A DNA stretch of 45,612 nucleotides, the filler included, from Jimgerdemannia flammicorona (Eukaryota): NCBI GenBank assembly GCA_003990765.1. It is 2 parts of 2 records of this genome, joined end to end, with 100 filler letters (N's around TTAATTAATTAA, not from the genome) between each part and the next. Parts side by side here need not be neighbours in the genome. Positions count along the whole stretch, not along the records: positions 1 to 22,766 come from RBNJ01001208.1; positions 22,867 to 45,612 come from RBNJ01001209.1. One strand, given 5' to 3'. The notes beneath the pieces are model-generated. The model saw only the letters and a program-made list of their open reading frames with translations, was not told where the DNA came from and ran no database searches. Every line of letters begins with the position of its first letter. Positions within the stretch are counted from its first letter, which is position 1. The position numbers and the translations under genes were made by a program. Of the stretch, positions 11,467 to 24,685 are shown in pieces.

Positions 11467-13021
11467 AACTTATCTAAAAGGAGACAAGACTTCTTTTAGA
11501 GTTTTGGACCTAGATGATATAATACTAGACTCATCAAAATTTAGTTCTGATCTGGTAATCACAGATGATGATATAGATACTGGTGAGGCTAGTCTTACAT
11601 TGAATAGTATAGAAATTCTCTATAACTAGATATTCATAGATATCTAAAGACTTCATTTATATATAGTTATATATCATTATTATAATACTCTTATAGATTA
11701 AAGTCATTTATAAAATCTAACTCAATTTGACTTATTAATTAATCACTAAGACTATTGATTTCTGCAGGAGTTATTTCTCTTATATTACTAATAGCATAGG
11801 GTATTTTATAGAGTAATTGGTAGATATAAACTAAAATATACTATCTAAAAATAAAGATATTATATTTATCTATAATTTCTGATAGAGTCAAGCCACTGTT
11901 TATTAGGAGTTTACCAGCTTGGTAATTCCTTAGTATTTGGAAGTGTCTTATGATTGATTATATCTTATAGCAATCTTATTAGTAGCTTGTAAAAATTACT
12001 CTATATCATAAGTATCAAGATCAATATATTTCCAGTTATACTAATATTGGTGATCAAAGATTGCTTCTCAAAGAACTTAATAGATATATTCAGAAGATAT
12101 GGACATAATTTGTTTATATTTTAGTTTTTGTTTTGGAGAATATCTGTATATTTGTATAGTAATTATTTAGATGAATATTTTCTAGAGCCAATTTGTAAGG
12201 TATTTATTTATTTATCAAATAAACTATTTTAGTATATAGCAACTATGATTTCATAGCTTATCATGGTCTAGTTTAGCTCATGAAGTTGTTGATTTTAAAG
12301 ATCTTACTAACTTCTAATATCAGAGAGCTGATAATATCAATAGCTAATTTTGATATACTCTAGTTTCTATGATATTGTAAGCACACAACCTCCAAGCCAC
12401 CAAAATCACATAGCATTCTCAGAACTAATTCAGAAACTATATGCGAGACTACAAAACAAGAGATCATCTGGTTACACAAAATATGCTAGCAAGCACAAGA
12501 ACCCACCACCAAGATATAAGAATACTAGAAGAAGTACTACAACCATAAGACTGACTCTGAACCACTATAACTAGTTTGGTATACTATACTATTACAAAAG
12601 GAAACTGAAAGTACCAAACTCAAATTGAGACAAGAAGAACCCTATCTCATCTACCAAAAGGTTCACAAACTGCACTTATCAACTCAAGACCAGGATACAC
12701 TGCAGCTATACAAGACCTCATTACTTAGTAGAAGCAAAACGCATTTGAATAACTCCATTGGCTCTATCTGTGTCACCTCCGTTAGAGAGTGACAGACATT
12801 TTATCTGAACTCAAGAAAGCCGACAACGTCGAAACCAATCTCAAGCCATCCACGTGACAGATATTATTAAAATATATAGGTTACAACTCAATATATGGTG
12901 GCACAGCCTTCCTTGACTATGTCATCATGTAAATGTCACTAATTGTGACGCGTAAAAGTGCATAAGAATTAGCAATAAACAGTTTGCTTGCTCCCTCCAT
13001 TCCAAGTATTCCACAACAAAA

Positions 13022-13033
13022 GGTTATGAGCCC
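13022..13033 (+). promoter_or_regulatory. Copia PBS of the half-tRNA-iMet type
   Basis: GGTTATGAGCCC 3 nt after the LTR; complementary to the iMet anticodon arm as in Drosophila copia and Ty5. Confidence 0.85.
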
Positions 13034-13084
13034 TGCTTAGTAGCTATACACCCCTCTTACACATACGCTACACTATGCTATACA

Positions 13085-16000
13085 ATGGCTACTAGTCTAA
13101 GCAGTGCTAGCAGCATGCTGCCAAGTTCTGGTAACACAAACACAAACACAGCCGGAATGGGTTTCACTTCCATGACAATGAACATTCTGGCAGTGGCATC
13201 AATATCAATGGTAAAGAGGATGATTCCTGTCTTTGACGATAAGGACTACACCATATGGACATACTATATGAAGAATCTCCTAGAAGAATGTGGTTTGGAG
13301 GACTACTGGAAGCCACAGGCACAAGTAATGACATACAATGCCACGAAAGATCGCAAAGTACTAAGGGAGATTATGTTCACTCTTTCGAATGTGCAAATGA
13401 AGCTGGTAATCAATGCTATGACAGCGAATGAAGTCTGGGAGATTTTACACAATCACCATCAATAGGCATCTACGTCAAACAGATTCCACTTAAAGGCACA
13501 ACTATTTAATCTTCGAATTAAGTCCAAGGAGAGCATCCGGGACTATGCCAATCGAGTCGATAAGCTGGCGAATCAAGTGAATTCCCTTACATTTATGCTG
13601 GCAGACACCATCAAGGATGAAGACAAGGTCCTGGCTCTTATATGAGGCCTTTCCAAAGTATACAATGTGGTTGTTGCTGCTATGAGAGAATCCGGTAGAT
13701 TATCAGATTATAAGCATATCATTACAAGCCTTTTAAATGAGGAAATAAGGCTAGGCAGCAACAATGCCAATGAGGAATACGACGAGAAAGCATTCTATGG
13801 CAGAGCATGTGGACGAGGCAAAGGCAAGCCGAATAAAGGTCGAGGCCAGCAATGTGAGAAATTCAATGGTAAATGCTTTTACTATAATAAGTGTGGACAT
13901 CATGAGCAGGACTGCAACTGCAAGAAGAAGGAAAAGGGTGGCCAACAGCAAGAACAATGGCAGGCAAACATGGTGGATGCCAACAATGAAAACAGCGGTG
14001 GTGGAGGTCTATTCTTTGCAGAAGCAGCGACCTATCCATATGCAGAAACCATTAAAATAGGAGGAAATTCAGAACCAACTGCCAGTTCCACCAATACCAG
14101 TTGCAGATGCAATTCCACCAGTTCGACATCTACAAATCCTGATCGACAAAACACTTTTCAGACAGTGAAAAATGGTGACATCAACGTCGGCACCAGTGCA
14201 AATGTAAGCTATATGCCGAACAGCACTTATGCATGCAGCGAAGAGGTCTGGCTCATGGATTCAGGTGCAACACAGTATGACAGCTCACCGGGAGTGGTTC
14301 TCTACATACGAGAAGTTTGAGCATCCCATACCTATCAAGCTAGGTGACAATAATGTCATTTACGCTCAAGGGAAAGACAATGTAGGCATACATCTATATG
14401 GAAACATTGATGAACCTTCAGGCACCTTCATGGACATACTATACACTCCAGATATAGGCAAGAACCTCTTCTCGATAGGCCGGATGATGGCTTGCAGGGA
14501 CAGAGGAGTAAATATACGCCCGAATGGTGTAATGGTAATCAATCTGAAGAACAATAAGGAGTTAATGTATACATCGAAAAAGGGGAATCTATACACAATC
14601 AATGACATGCCAAGTGGCACATCATTCACATATTCTGCAACTATGACTAGAGAGGATCTCTGGCATATATGGCATGAATGCTTAGGACATATCAGCAAGA
14701 TGAGTCTGGAACGGATGATAAGGAGCAAGTCCGTATATGGTTTACTAGACTATATGCCACCGGATTTCTTTTGTGATGGATGCATGGCAAACAAGGCTTC
14801 CTGGCAACCTTTTCAGGAATGAACGAAGTAAGCAGCCAGCATTCTCGATTTGATTCATATGGATATTTGTGGCCCCATGCGAATGGCATCACACTCCAGA
14901 AAGAAGTATTTTATTACATTCATTAATGATTATATATACAAAGTTTATGTATATTTCATTGCAGGGAAAAACAAGGCATTCGACAAATTCTGAGAATTCA
15001 AGGCAGCCATGGAGAATGAGACAGGACATAGAATACGAACCCTATGCTCAGATAATGGCAAAGAATACATCAACAAAGGTTTCAGACACTTCTTGAAGAA
15101 GAATGGTATATAGTACTCTACAACAGCCCCTTATACACCTCAGCAAAATGGTATGGCGGAATGATTCAATCAAACGGTAGTGGAAATAGCTAGAACAATA
15201 ATGAATACGGCCAGCTTACCGAAGTCCTTTTGGGTGGAAGCAGTGAATACAACGGCATATATTCGAAATTGTTGTTTCTCTTGAGCTCTAAGCAAGGATC
15301 CCGGCAAGCAATCCAGGAATGATAGCAATCTTACCCCTGAGGAATTATGGAATAGATCCAAGCCTGACATTTCACACTTATGCATATTCAGAAGCGAGGC
15401 ATACGTTCTGGACAAAGGTGGCAACCAAGGCAAGTTCAAACCTAAGGCAGATAAGCATATATTCCTTGGATACAATGGAGCGGGATACAGACTTTGGAAC
15501 CCGCAGAAACAACATATGATCATTTCACGTGACATACAATTTAAAGAGACTAAGCAGGAAATTTACATGGAAATTCCTATCTCAAATCTGACGGTGAATT
15601 CGATGGTACAGCCAGCAACATCTACACCAACTGCAAAGGCTAGTGGAATAACATCTACACCTGGAACGACACCGAAGACTATGCCAAAGACATCCTTGGG
15701 ACCTATGCCAGCGAAAACGCAACCCATTCAAATGGAAATGAAGTTGCAAGAACCAAGGATAATGGAAATTACGGATGAGGATGACGAAGAGGATACCTTT
15801 CTGAAGAGTAAGAAGAAGTGCAAATCTGGGATGGATAACGAAGTCCAAGCGGATCTGGGAAATTACCAGAACCCACCCAAGTCATCTCGTCATAAACAAT
15901 ATCACATGAACTACGCCTGCGAATGCACTTACATAGCAATGACTGGTGAGCCAGCACACTATGACAAAGCCATTCATTCGAATGATAAAAAGGAGTGGAA

Positions 16001-17508
16001 AAAGGCTATAGACAAGAAGTATAACTTACTCATCGAGAATGATATGTGGGACTTGGTCCCTCTTCCGGCAAATCGACAAGCTATAGGATCCCAATGGGTG
16101 TATAAAATTAAATGTAATAACAACAGTGGCATAGAATGATACAAGGCCCGATTCATGGCAAAGGGATATTCACAAGACTTTGGAGTCAACTATGACAAAA
16201 CATTTTTCCCAGTATTTAAGCTTACTTCGCTTAGAATACTTCTTGCGATTGGAGCCAAGTATGACTATGAGATACATCAAATGGATGTTAAGACAGCCTT
16301 CCTAAATAGAGACGTAGATACCGAACTATATGTTCTTCAACCACAAGGATATGAACTCTACAACAATGAGAAGGAGTTACATAGTATGCAGACTATGCAA
16401 AGGTCTCTATGGCATAAAACAGGTGGTGAGGCTGTGGAATCGAAAGATCGATGATTATCTCATAGAAGAGAATGAGTTCAAATGATGCAAAGCAGACCCA
16501 TGCATATACACTCATCATATGTACATCCTCAGGAACGGTGTACCTGGGAATTTGGGTTGACAATATCATTCTGGTCGGGATAACAAGTGAGATCAACGAA
16601 GTAAAGGCAGCATTATGCAAGAAGTTCAAGATGACAGATATGGGTGATGCATCTTTTCTTTTGGAGATATCCATCATATGTGATAGGAGCATGCATACTA
16701 TACACCTAAGCCAAGAAGCCTACATTTAGACAATACTCAAGTGATTCGGCATGAGCAAGTGCAAGCCAGTTGGAACACTGATGGAGATGTCTGTGAGGTT
16801 AAAGAAGTCTGGAACTATGCTTGAAAATAACAACATCCCCTATCGACAAGCTGTGGGATCCCTCATGTATCTTATGCTCAGGACAAGACCTGATATATCA
16901 TTTGCAGTCAACAAAGTGGTGCAATACTTATCATACTATGATAATTCGCATTGAATGGTGGTTAAGCACATTCTTTGGTATATCAAAGGAACTACGGACT
17001 ATATGGGCAAAGCGGGAGTACTATATGCCTACTTGGTTCTTGTGACGCCGATTGGGCTGGTGACTTAGATGACAGAAGGTCTATGACTGGATACATCTTT
17101 AAAGTAAACAATGGAGTCATTTTATAGCAAATGTATAAGCAACCTTCAGTGGCAACATCCTCTATGCAAGCGGAATATCAAGCGTTGTCAACAGCAACAA
17201 AGGAGGCTATCTGGCTTCGAGAACTGTTAAAGGAGCTGGGATATAAGCAACAGCACTCTATGCTACTCCAGCAAGATAACCAATCAATGATTGCTTTGGC
17301 GAAGAACCCTATACATCACGCCAGAATGAAACACATTGACATACAGCATCATTTCATATATGAATGCGTGGAAAATGGCACTATACACCTTGAATATACT
17401 CCAACAGAATATATGATGGCGGATTCATTGACTAAAGCCCTTCCAAAGGCAAAGTTTGACTTATGCGTGCAAGGAATGGGTATTATGGGACTCTACGCTG
17501 GTAATTAA
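13085..17508 (+). pseudogene. Copia gag-pol polyprotein with stops and frameshifts
   Basis: CFYYNKCGHHEQDC, WLMDSGAT, WHECLGH, DLIHMDICGP, HQMDVKTAFLN, IWVDNII, CDADWAGDLDDRRS, KHIDIQHHF. Confidence 0.93.
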
Positions 17509-18919
17509 GAACAATTTAGGATGAGATAGGATAATAGAGTGACAGCAAGCTTCTTTAACATTGATTCCTACATTGGTGATTTCTACCAACATTGCTCATC
17601 TACAAATGTTCACATTTCTACTTTTTAACCTATTTTTCGAGTTTTAAGCAGATAATTCAGGTGTTTTTTGGTTTCTAGATAGCGGTCTGAACATTGCAGC
17701 GAGATTTGCAGTGGTTATAGCTTAGTATTGCAGTTTGGGAATTTGCATATCTCATTGAGCGGGAGTATTGAAATATGTAGGTTACAACTCGATATGGTGG
17801 CACAGCCTTCCTTGACTATGTCATCATATAAATGTCACTAATTGCGATGCGTAAAAGCGCATAAGAATTAGCAATAAACAGTTTTCTTGCTCCCTCTATT
17901 CCAAGTATTCCACAACAGATATTACTACTAAAAATTGCCTCAGATTACAGAAAATATCATTTCTGAGAGGTTCAAACCCCCAGTCGTGACATTGGGAGCC
18001 CTCGCCCTAGACGAGAATGGCCAGTTCTCACAAATACGCCAGCAGACCAAAAAAAAAGAGAACCAAGACCTGTTATCCTTGTATAACCACTGCCACCAAG
18101 GGCAGCCTTAATCTTGCAAGAGATAGAAGTAGCGACACCTTGAAACTGATAATGTCAGAAGTCAGAAAACTGCTCAGACTTTGCTAGTGATAATGTTATC
18201 AATAGTGATGTCATCAAGGACTAACCAAACAGTGCCTAAATCTATAAATAGCCTAGCAGTTATAGTATAGTTAGATTAGCCTTATATGATGTGACTGTGA
18301 ACTAACTCAGTAGTCAGATGATCTCTTGACATATCAGATCACACTTATACTATATGACTGCATTCTGACTCAGCAAGGCACTTAGTGCTACATCCATATC
18401 TAGTATAGTCTAGATAGCCCCTCACTAGTATAAATACCCCCTCCCCCAGACCTCAGAATCTGAGACTCAAATATACAAGAACATTCCTGAATACTTCCCC
18501 ACAAATATTCCTTCACACAACTACTCCTAGTATAGCAATATCATGAATAGCAAATAAATCTATTCCATAACCCATAAACCACTCTTAAGTAAATCCACTC
18601 CCTGTTAGGTCCCACTCCTAACCCCATCACGAAATTTCCTAATTGGGTATTGTCTGCAGCGATACACCAATTCAACTAAGCTGGTCTTAGTTTTTTAAAC
18701 TTCCTAAAATACAGAAAATCCTGAACATCCAGAACTAGTCCGAAAAAGGACTTTGGTTGAGACATCAACCCAAACTTGAAATCAATAAGTGTAGAGGATG
18801 TACTCTATATGAAATTGATCTTGACCATAAGAAAACAGTCTTCCAGAATATCCAGAACTTCCAGAAAACCCTTCCAGAACTACATAATAGTTACCCTAAA
18901 AAGCAACCCTCTTACAACT

Positions 18920-18931
18920 TGGTAGCAGCAG
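18920..18931 (+). promoter_or_regulatory. PBS of family B (variant copy)
   Basis: TGGTAGCAGCAG after LTR end + ACT; same position as TGGTAGCAGCGG at 45072. Compatible with a tRNA-iMet (or Leu) 3' end. Confidence 0.7.
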
Positions 18932-20494
18932 TTTACAATCCAATTCCACTTCAAGACACTTCCTCATCCTGCTACAAACCCTTCTGAGAATTCCTATAAG
19001 TTGGTATAAAGCCCAATCTCTGAATTGGAATTTATCCTGAACCATCTGACAATCTGGAGAGAATTGAATCTGACATACAAGGACAATTTGATCTCCACAC
19101 CTGCAACAAGTGAGACAAACTTCATTCAAAGAAAGAAGTACTCAGGTTAAACCAGCAAATAGGCAAAACCCTATTCACCGAACTCCTTGTACTACACCCA
19201 GCAAGTCAGGATGAAGAAGGTCTTATTGAAGCCTTCTTTACTCTTCTCAATAAGAGTTTTGTCAGCTCCACAAATCCAAGCGACCTAGGATAACCAGCAG
19301 CAGTCTTTCTAGCCTTAGTTCCTCATGAAGCCCAAGCCTCTGTAAGGATTTGCCACTTGAAGTACTGGAGCAGTTATCAAGACATTCTTTAATACTTGAA
19401 AGGTGGTATCTTGCTCAGGTCTCTAATTTATAAGATTGTTGAAGTCTTTTTCTTGTTTCATAGTTCAGGGCTGTTCTTCTTTCTTGCTATATTTGGTCAT
19501 TTGGATAAGGGTAGTAGCAATCTTGGCAAAGTTGGCAACAAATCATCTATAATAGTTTACTAATCCCAGGAATGACTGGAGATCTTTCAGCTTCTTGGGT
19601 CTGGGCCATTTCTTGATTGCAGAAATTTTGCTGGAGTCTACTTTGATTCCATTCAGCATAATAATGTGTCTAAAGAATTGAATTTCTTTCAGGAGAAATT
19701 TGCATTTACTAAGTTTTGTAAAGAGTTGGTTTTTTTGGAGTTTCAGTAGTACTAGTTCAAGGTGTTCAAGATGTTCCTCCAGAGTTTTGCTGAAGACTAG
19801 TATGTTATTAATGTAAACAATAACAAATTTATCTAGATATGGGTACAGAATAGTATTCATCAGGGTCTGGAAGATTGCAGGAGTATTAGTTAAGCTGAAA
19901 GGCATAATCAAGAACTCAAAGTGTCTATAGTAAGTTCAGAAGGCTGTCTTGTAGATGTCTTCTTCTTTTATGGCAATTTGTCAGTAACCATTTCATAGGT
20001 CAAAAGAGCTTATAAATTGCAAGTTGGTAAGTCTATCAAATATTTCATTAATTCTGAGTAGTGGGCAATAATTCTTGATGGTCTGTTTATTGAGGTCACA
20101 GTAATCAATACACATTTATAGGTCTTCTTCTTTCTTCACAACAAAGAGAACTAGTGCACCATAGGATGATATACTGGGTCTGATGAATTCTTGTTCTAGA
20201 AGTTTATCAATTTCTTTCTTGAGTGCATCAATTTCTCTTAGAGACATGTGGTATATTGACTTGAAGACTGGTTTGGCATCTGAGATGATCTTGATGGCAT
20301 AGTCTACTGCTTATTTAGGAGGTAGGCCTTTTGGGAGTTTTTTCAGAAATATGTCTTGAAATTTCTGGAGTAGAGGTCTAACATGGCTGTCTACTTTGGA
20401 AATGTCTTCTTCAGAATTCTTAGGTTCTCCTTTGGATGGGTGGATAGAGATGACAAAGAGAGAGCACTTCTTGGCCAATTTCTTGAGCTATAGC

Positions 20495-20765
20495 TAGTGC
20501 TCCCAAATGAGTCAAATCAATTTGAATCGAATCAAATTGAGGGTCTGATTTGAACCCTAATTTTCAAAATGCAATAACTCAGCGTAAACTCATCCAAATA
20601 TAACGTCCCTTAGCTTGTTAGAATCACATTAATATGGTGAATCTAACAAGCTAAAATACATTAAATTTAGATGAATTTTCGTCGAGTTATTACATTTTGA
20701 AAATTAAGGTTCGAATCAAACTTCAAATTAAATTGGACCTTTGATTCGATTCATTGGAAGCACTA
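20495..20765. mobile_element. Fold-back hAT-type MITE (271 bp) with 8-bp TSD
   Basis: Ends TAGTGCTCCCAAATGA..TCATTGGAAGCACTA; TSD GCTATAGC/GCTGTAGC; palindromic along its length (e.g. TAGCTTGTTAGA..TCTAACAAGCTA). Confidence 0.88.
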
Positions 20766-21417
20766 GCTGTAGCTTGCTGATATAGGTAATCTTTAGTCTA
20801 GGGTTACTAGAGCTGAGTGAGTCCTTTTCACCTTGCAGTTTGAAGTTGTGGTATCCTTTCTTAATGATCAGAGAATGGTTTATCCAATCAACCATAGAGT
20901 TCTCTTATTTCAATCATGGGGTTCCAAGAATGATTTCATTGTCAGAAAATAGTATAATCTGGAGAGTAACATATACTCAATAGTCACCAATTCAGAAGGG
21001 CAGATTGCAGACTTCCTTGCTAATAACATGAGAGGTTCTATCAGCTGTAGTAACTACTTGAGTTTGTTGTACTGGAGATATCAGGGCCTTGAGTCTGTTG
21101 GCTGTTTCTTTATTAACAAAGTTGTCTGAGACACTACTATCTATCAAAATCTTGACAAGTGCTCAGTTGACAAAATCTTGAAGTGTAAGCAGTTTGTCTG
21201 ATCTAATAGTAGTGATTTTGGTTATAAGAGTTTTCCTTCTGTTGGTTCTTCTTTGAGCTAGTTCATTGACACAAGAGAAGCAATCATCAATTATTTGGGA
21301 AGAGTACATTCCAATGCCATGGAGACATTGGCCACTTGGTATATATCTATTTTTGATTTTCTTGTAGAATTGTTCTTCTTTATTCATAGTAGGTTGGGCT
21401 GGGGCCTTGTTTGATAA

Positions 21418-21820
21418 GCCAAATCCTTTGGATCCTCAGATGGTGGGTAGTAGTTCAGAGACTTCCTTGACTGTCAGGGTTGACTTGATTTTTTCAAATA
21501 GGATCTGGGTAATACAGAAACCAATGGAGATCTTGAAGAGTATCCAACTATGGTTTCAGATGAGAACAATAATTTCACCTGTATAATCTTCATCAATGAC
21601 TCCTCCTTCTACTGAGAGTTCTTTCAATGCTAAGCTGCTGTAACAGCATATTCTTCCAACATATTCTTCAGGGATTTGGTTGCTAATTCCTGTATAGACT
21701 TGCTTGACTTCTAGGTTGGAAACTATAGCTTCTTTAGCTGTATAAAGGTCATATCCAGCTACCTTTTGACTTTCTTTAGTTGGGGCCTTAGCAGTTTGCC
21801 TTAACTTAATAAAGTCCAGT
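21418..21820 (-). pseudogene. dut: dUTPase domain in element C, upstream of the protease
   Basis: AGYDL, GRICCYSS, GVIDEDYTGEI, ITQILFE, *GSKGFG; two TGA stops (likely from CGA); in frame with the protease. Confidence 0.88.
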
Positions 21821-22766
21821 GTTCTGGTAGTCAGATTATTAAAGTGATGCAGGGTAGTAACAGTTGCTTGTAATGCTGTTCAGAGTTTTTAGTTAGGGCA
21901 GGCACTGGCCATATATCCTGTCTTTCAGCAATAGAAGTATACTCTGCTTCTTTGAAGTTCATTTCTTTCTCCTTTAGTGAGTTTCTTGAAGGTACTTGGC
22001 TGGGTGGGTTTATGATTTCTGAGTATCTATGAGGTGGATGTTGAGGAAGCTTAGGATGCTTCATGCTTGGATTCTTCTTTCTTGATCTAAGTCTTTTTCT
22101 TGTTGTTGAATTGTCTTTGGAGCAGAATTGGTCCAGCTGTTAGAATTCATTTAACTATAGTTTAAATTTTTGCCAGGCACTATTATTGATAATCACAACC
22201 AACTGGGTATCCTTGTTCTCAGTTTTTCCTTATAAGCCATTCAGGTAGTACATCAAATAAATGGTCTGCTCTTATACTATTTCATGCTTCATCATTGATA
22301 ATGTATCCTAGGCCAATAGTGTTCAGAAGTAACTCAAGTTTTGTATAGAAGATTTCAAATTCTTCCTTACTATATATATTGAATTTGAGGTTGTAGAGTT
22401 TTACTCAAGATTCAGTAATCATGATTTTACTACAGTATTGAGCAATTATGAGCTATTTCAGTTCAGAGGCTGCAGGATGAGCTCCATATTCTGAGGTATT
22501 TTTTGCTGCATTTTGGGCAACAACTGCAGGTCAGGTGTCCTATATGAGGGGTTTTTTTAGAAAGAGTTTACTACTATTCTTCAGCAAGTCCTCAAAAGAA
22601 TATAACAACTCAGCAGATATAGACTGTAGTAGTAGTAAAGAGTTGTTTTAGAGTATAGTCTTGATTGTTTGTTAGAAGACAGTTAGCAACTCACTCATTG
22701 GTCTATTGATTGGCTTCAAAGTTGGTGTCAACTATACTAATGAAGCTTTGAACTTTTTTTTTTTTT

Positions 22767-22866
22767 NNNNNNNNNNNNNNNNNNNNNNNNNNNNNNNNNN
22801 NNNNNNNNNNTTAATTAATTAANNNNNNNNNNNNNNNNNNNNNNNNNNNNNNNNNNNNNNNNNNNN
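22767..22866. other. Artificial contig/scaffold spacer
   Basis: 44 N + TTAATTAATTAA (stops in all six frames) + 44 N. The two sides may not be adjacent in the genome. Confidence 0.95.
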
Positions 22867-22944
22867 GGGGGGGAGGGGGGTTAGATCGGATACGTCAAGG
22901 AAAAAGGAAGGGAAGAAAGGAAAAGAAAGAGAGGGATTACGTAC

Positions 22945-23774
22945 GGCGTTGCAGACCTTGCCGGCCGGGCCGGTCTGCTTGGTGAAGAGCTTGTGACCCA
23001 GCATCTGCTCGGCGAACATCTTGGCCTCGGTGGGACTACAAGAGTCCGCGTTTTGGAAAGGGAGCCAGTTAGCGCTCGGAACCCAATCTTTGAGCCAGCA
23101 TAGCATTGCACAAAGAAAGGACACTCACGAGAAGATGGTCCTCACGCCGCCCTTGAGACCACTGTCGAAATGACCCTTGCCGCGACCGCCAGCTAGAACC
23201 TGAGCCTTGATGACCATGTCCTCGGTACCTGTTGTGGGTCCGTGAGGGTATTTGTAGGAGGTAGAGGCAGGTGGTGAACAATGATGGTTTGGTGGATCGG
23301 CGTCCCATGGCGTCAATGTTTATCGGCGCGTTCACGTTGCGGCCTTCGGCCGCAATCCCGGCGGATCGGAGGACAAGGACAGATCGAGCGACTCCTCGCA
23401 ACTGATTTGCAAGTTTTCTCTCTCTGCATTTCCAGCACAGTCTTCTGCTCCCGATCCTTCCCCACCCACGAGATCGCAAACCACGCCTCTTTCCCACGCT
23501 CGAATCGAACGTATAACCAGTCCCGTTTTCTACAGCATCCGCCTCTCACCCTTTCGAAACGCTCCCCCTTGCGACGCTTACCGAGCTTGGAGGCGATCTC
23601 GAAGGCCTCATTGGGTGTCTTTGCGACGGCGCCGCGCGGGGTGTTGACGCCGTATTTGCGGAGCAGATCGACGGAGAGGTACTCGTGGATGGAGAGGTGG
23701 CGTTTCTGCTGGCGAATGGCGGGACGGGCAGCCCTTGCGTAGAGGGCGGAGGCGGTCCTGAGGGACGAGAACAT
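22945..23774 (-). CDS. LSC2: Mitochondrial succinyl-CoA ligase beta subunit, 5' exons 23774-23582, 23228-23129, 23035-22945; rest lost at the contig end
   Basis: Presequence + [35 protein letters not shown] introns (GTAAGC, GTGAGT, GTACGT donors) splice in frame. Confidence 0.93.
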
Positions 23775-24685
23775 TATGGCTTCTGGTAGAGGGAGGAGTG
23801 GCAGAACGGTGGTTGGTGAGGGAAATGTTGAGGGCCATGCTAATTCCCGACGCGCGTGATTGGCCACAAGCATTTTGAAACATGGGTGTGACCTCATTAG
23901 CCATTGTCCCCTCACGACTTTCAATAGACCACTCCTTCCGACTCCTCCCTCCCCTGCCCTTCGATCCGAACCATGATAACACGCCAACCCAGCATCCGAG
24001 AATAACCGAGAAAGGGGTCATACGATTGCTCCCGAATTCGTGGCGATAACCTTGTTTCTATTCTGGAACCCAGCAGGTGTATACGAGCATCATACATGAT
24101 CCCATCATAGTCTCGTCCGGTATGCATGGACAGGGCTTTTCGGTAATAAAGAAGGCTGCTGCTGCGCACATGGTGAACATGGGGTTCAGCGGAATGTGGA
24201 AGTAGACACTTGAGTATTTATGGAGAAACTGGATGGAAGGCCTTGTCTCACTGCGTCATGAACTAGTGAAGCCCGAAATAAATACTTGGTATTATTAAAA
24301 CATGACGACGGTGGCGTCACCAGATGATGGCGATCGTGCACAGCGTGGAGGAATTATGGTGTGTAGTGCCGTGAACAACATGATGGTTTGTGATCCAGAT
24401 CAGAACCACCACGCGCCACGTTCATCATAAATGACTATGTATGGGCAAAGCTCTATATAATTAAATATCGAACCATCCTCGCCTTGCTCAGCATAATCTA
24501 CAAGTCCGAACCTCGTAACCACTGGGTCCCACACGTCGTCCTCCGACGTGGTCGTGAGGAAGAATGGCCGGTGATGGAGAGGAAAACGAACGGAGGAATG
24601 GTTTAAGAGGTACGGGGTGATCAGCCGTGACTACAGTTGTAATGACCTCGGTCAGGATCGTGGAGAACGGGTGCAATATGAATCG

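Larger units (their letters stand above)
12865..17917 (+). mobile_element. Full-length decayed Ty1/Copia retrotransposon with 5-bp TSD GATAT
   Basis: LTRs 12865-13018 and 17766-17917; TSD 12860-12864 and 17918-17922; PBS 13022-13033; PPT GAGCGGGAG 17757-17765; order PR-IN-RT-RH. Confidence 0.96.
12376..18916 (+). repeat. LTR of family B, variant with a different U3 ORF, split by the Copia insertion (12376-12864 + 17918-18916)
   Basis: Starts TGTAAGCACACAACC, ends CCCTCTTACA; ~18190-18916 aligns with ~44340-45068; followed by PBS and leader. Confidence 0.85.
19345..22766 (-). mobile_element. Decayed Gypsy internal fragment 'C': gag-dUTPase-CxH module-protease-RT, truncated before RNase H
   Basis: Gag knuckle remnant ~21890-21940; dUTPase 21418-21820; LIDSSVSDNFV..IILGTP protease ~20900-21150; RT MPFSLTN, VYINNILVFS, LQSFLGLVNYYR. 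Confidence 0.88.

Noticed and set aside
11467..12375. AT-rich relic, possibly a transposase or gene remnant
   Set aside because: Too degraded to assign.
18917..22766. Element C as the internal region of family B
   Set aside because: Opposite orientation to the adjacent LTR/PBS and no shared leader. Family B's gag-pol, and hence its superfamily, is not visible here.
22811..22822. TTAATTAATTAA palindrome between N runs
   Set aside because: Synthetic six-frame-stop spacer, not biology; linkage across it cannot be assumed.
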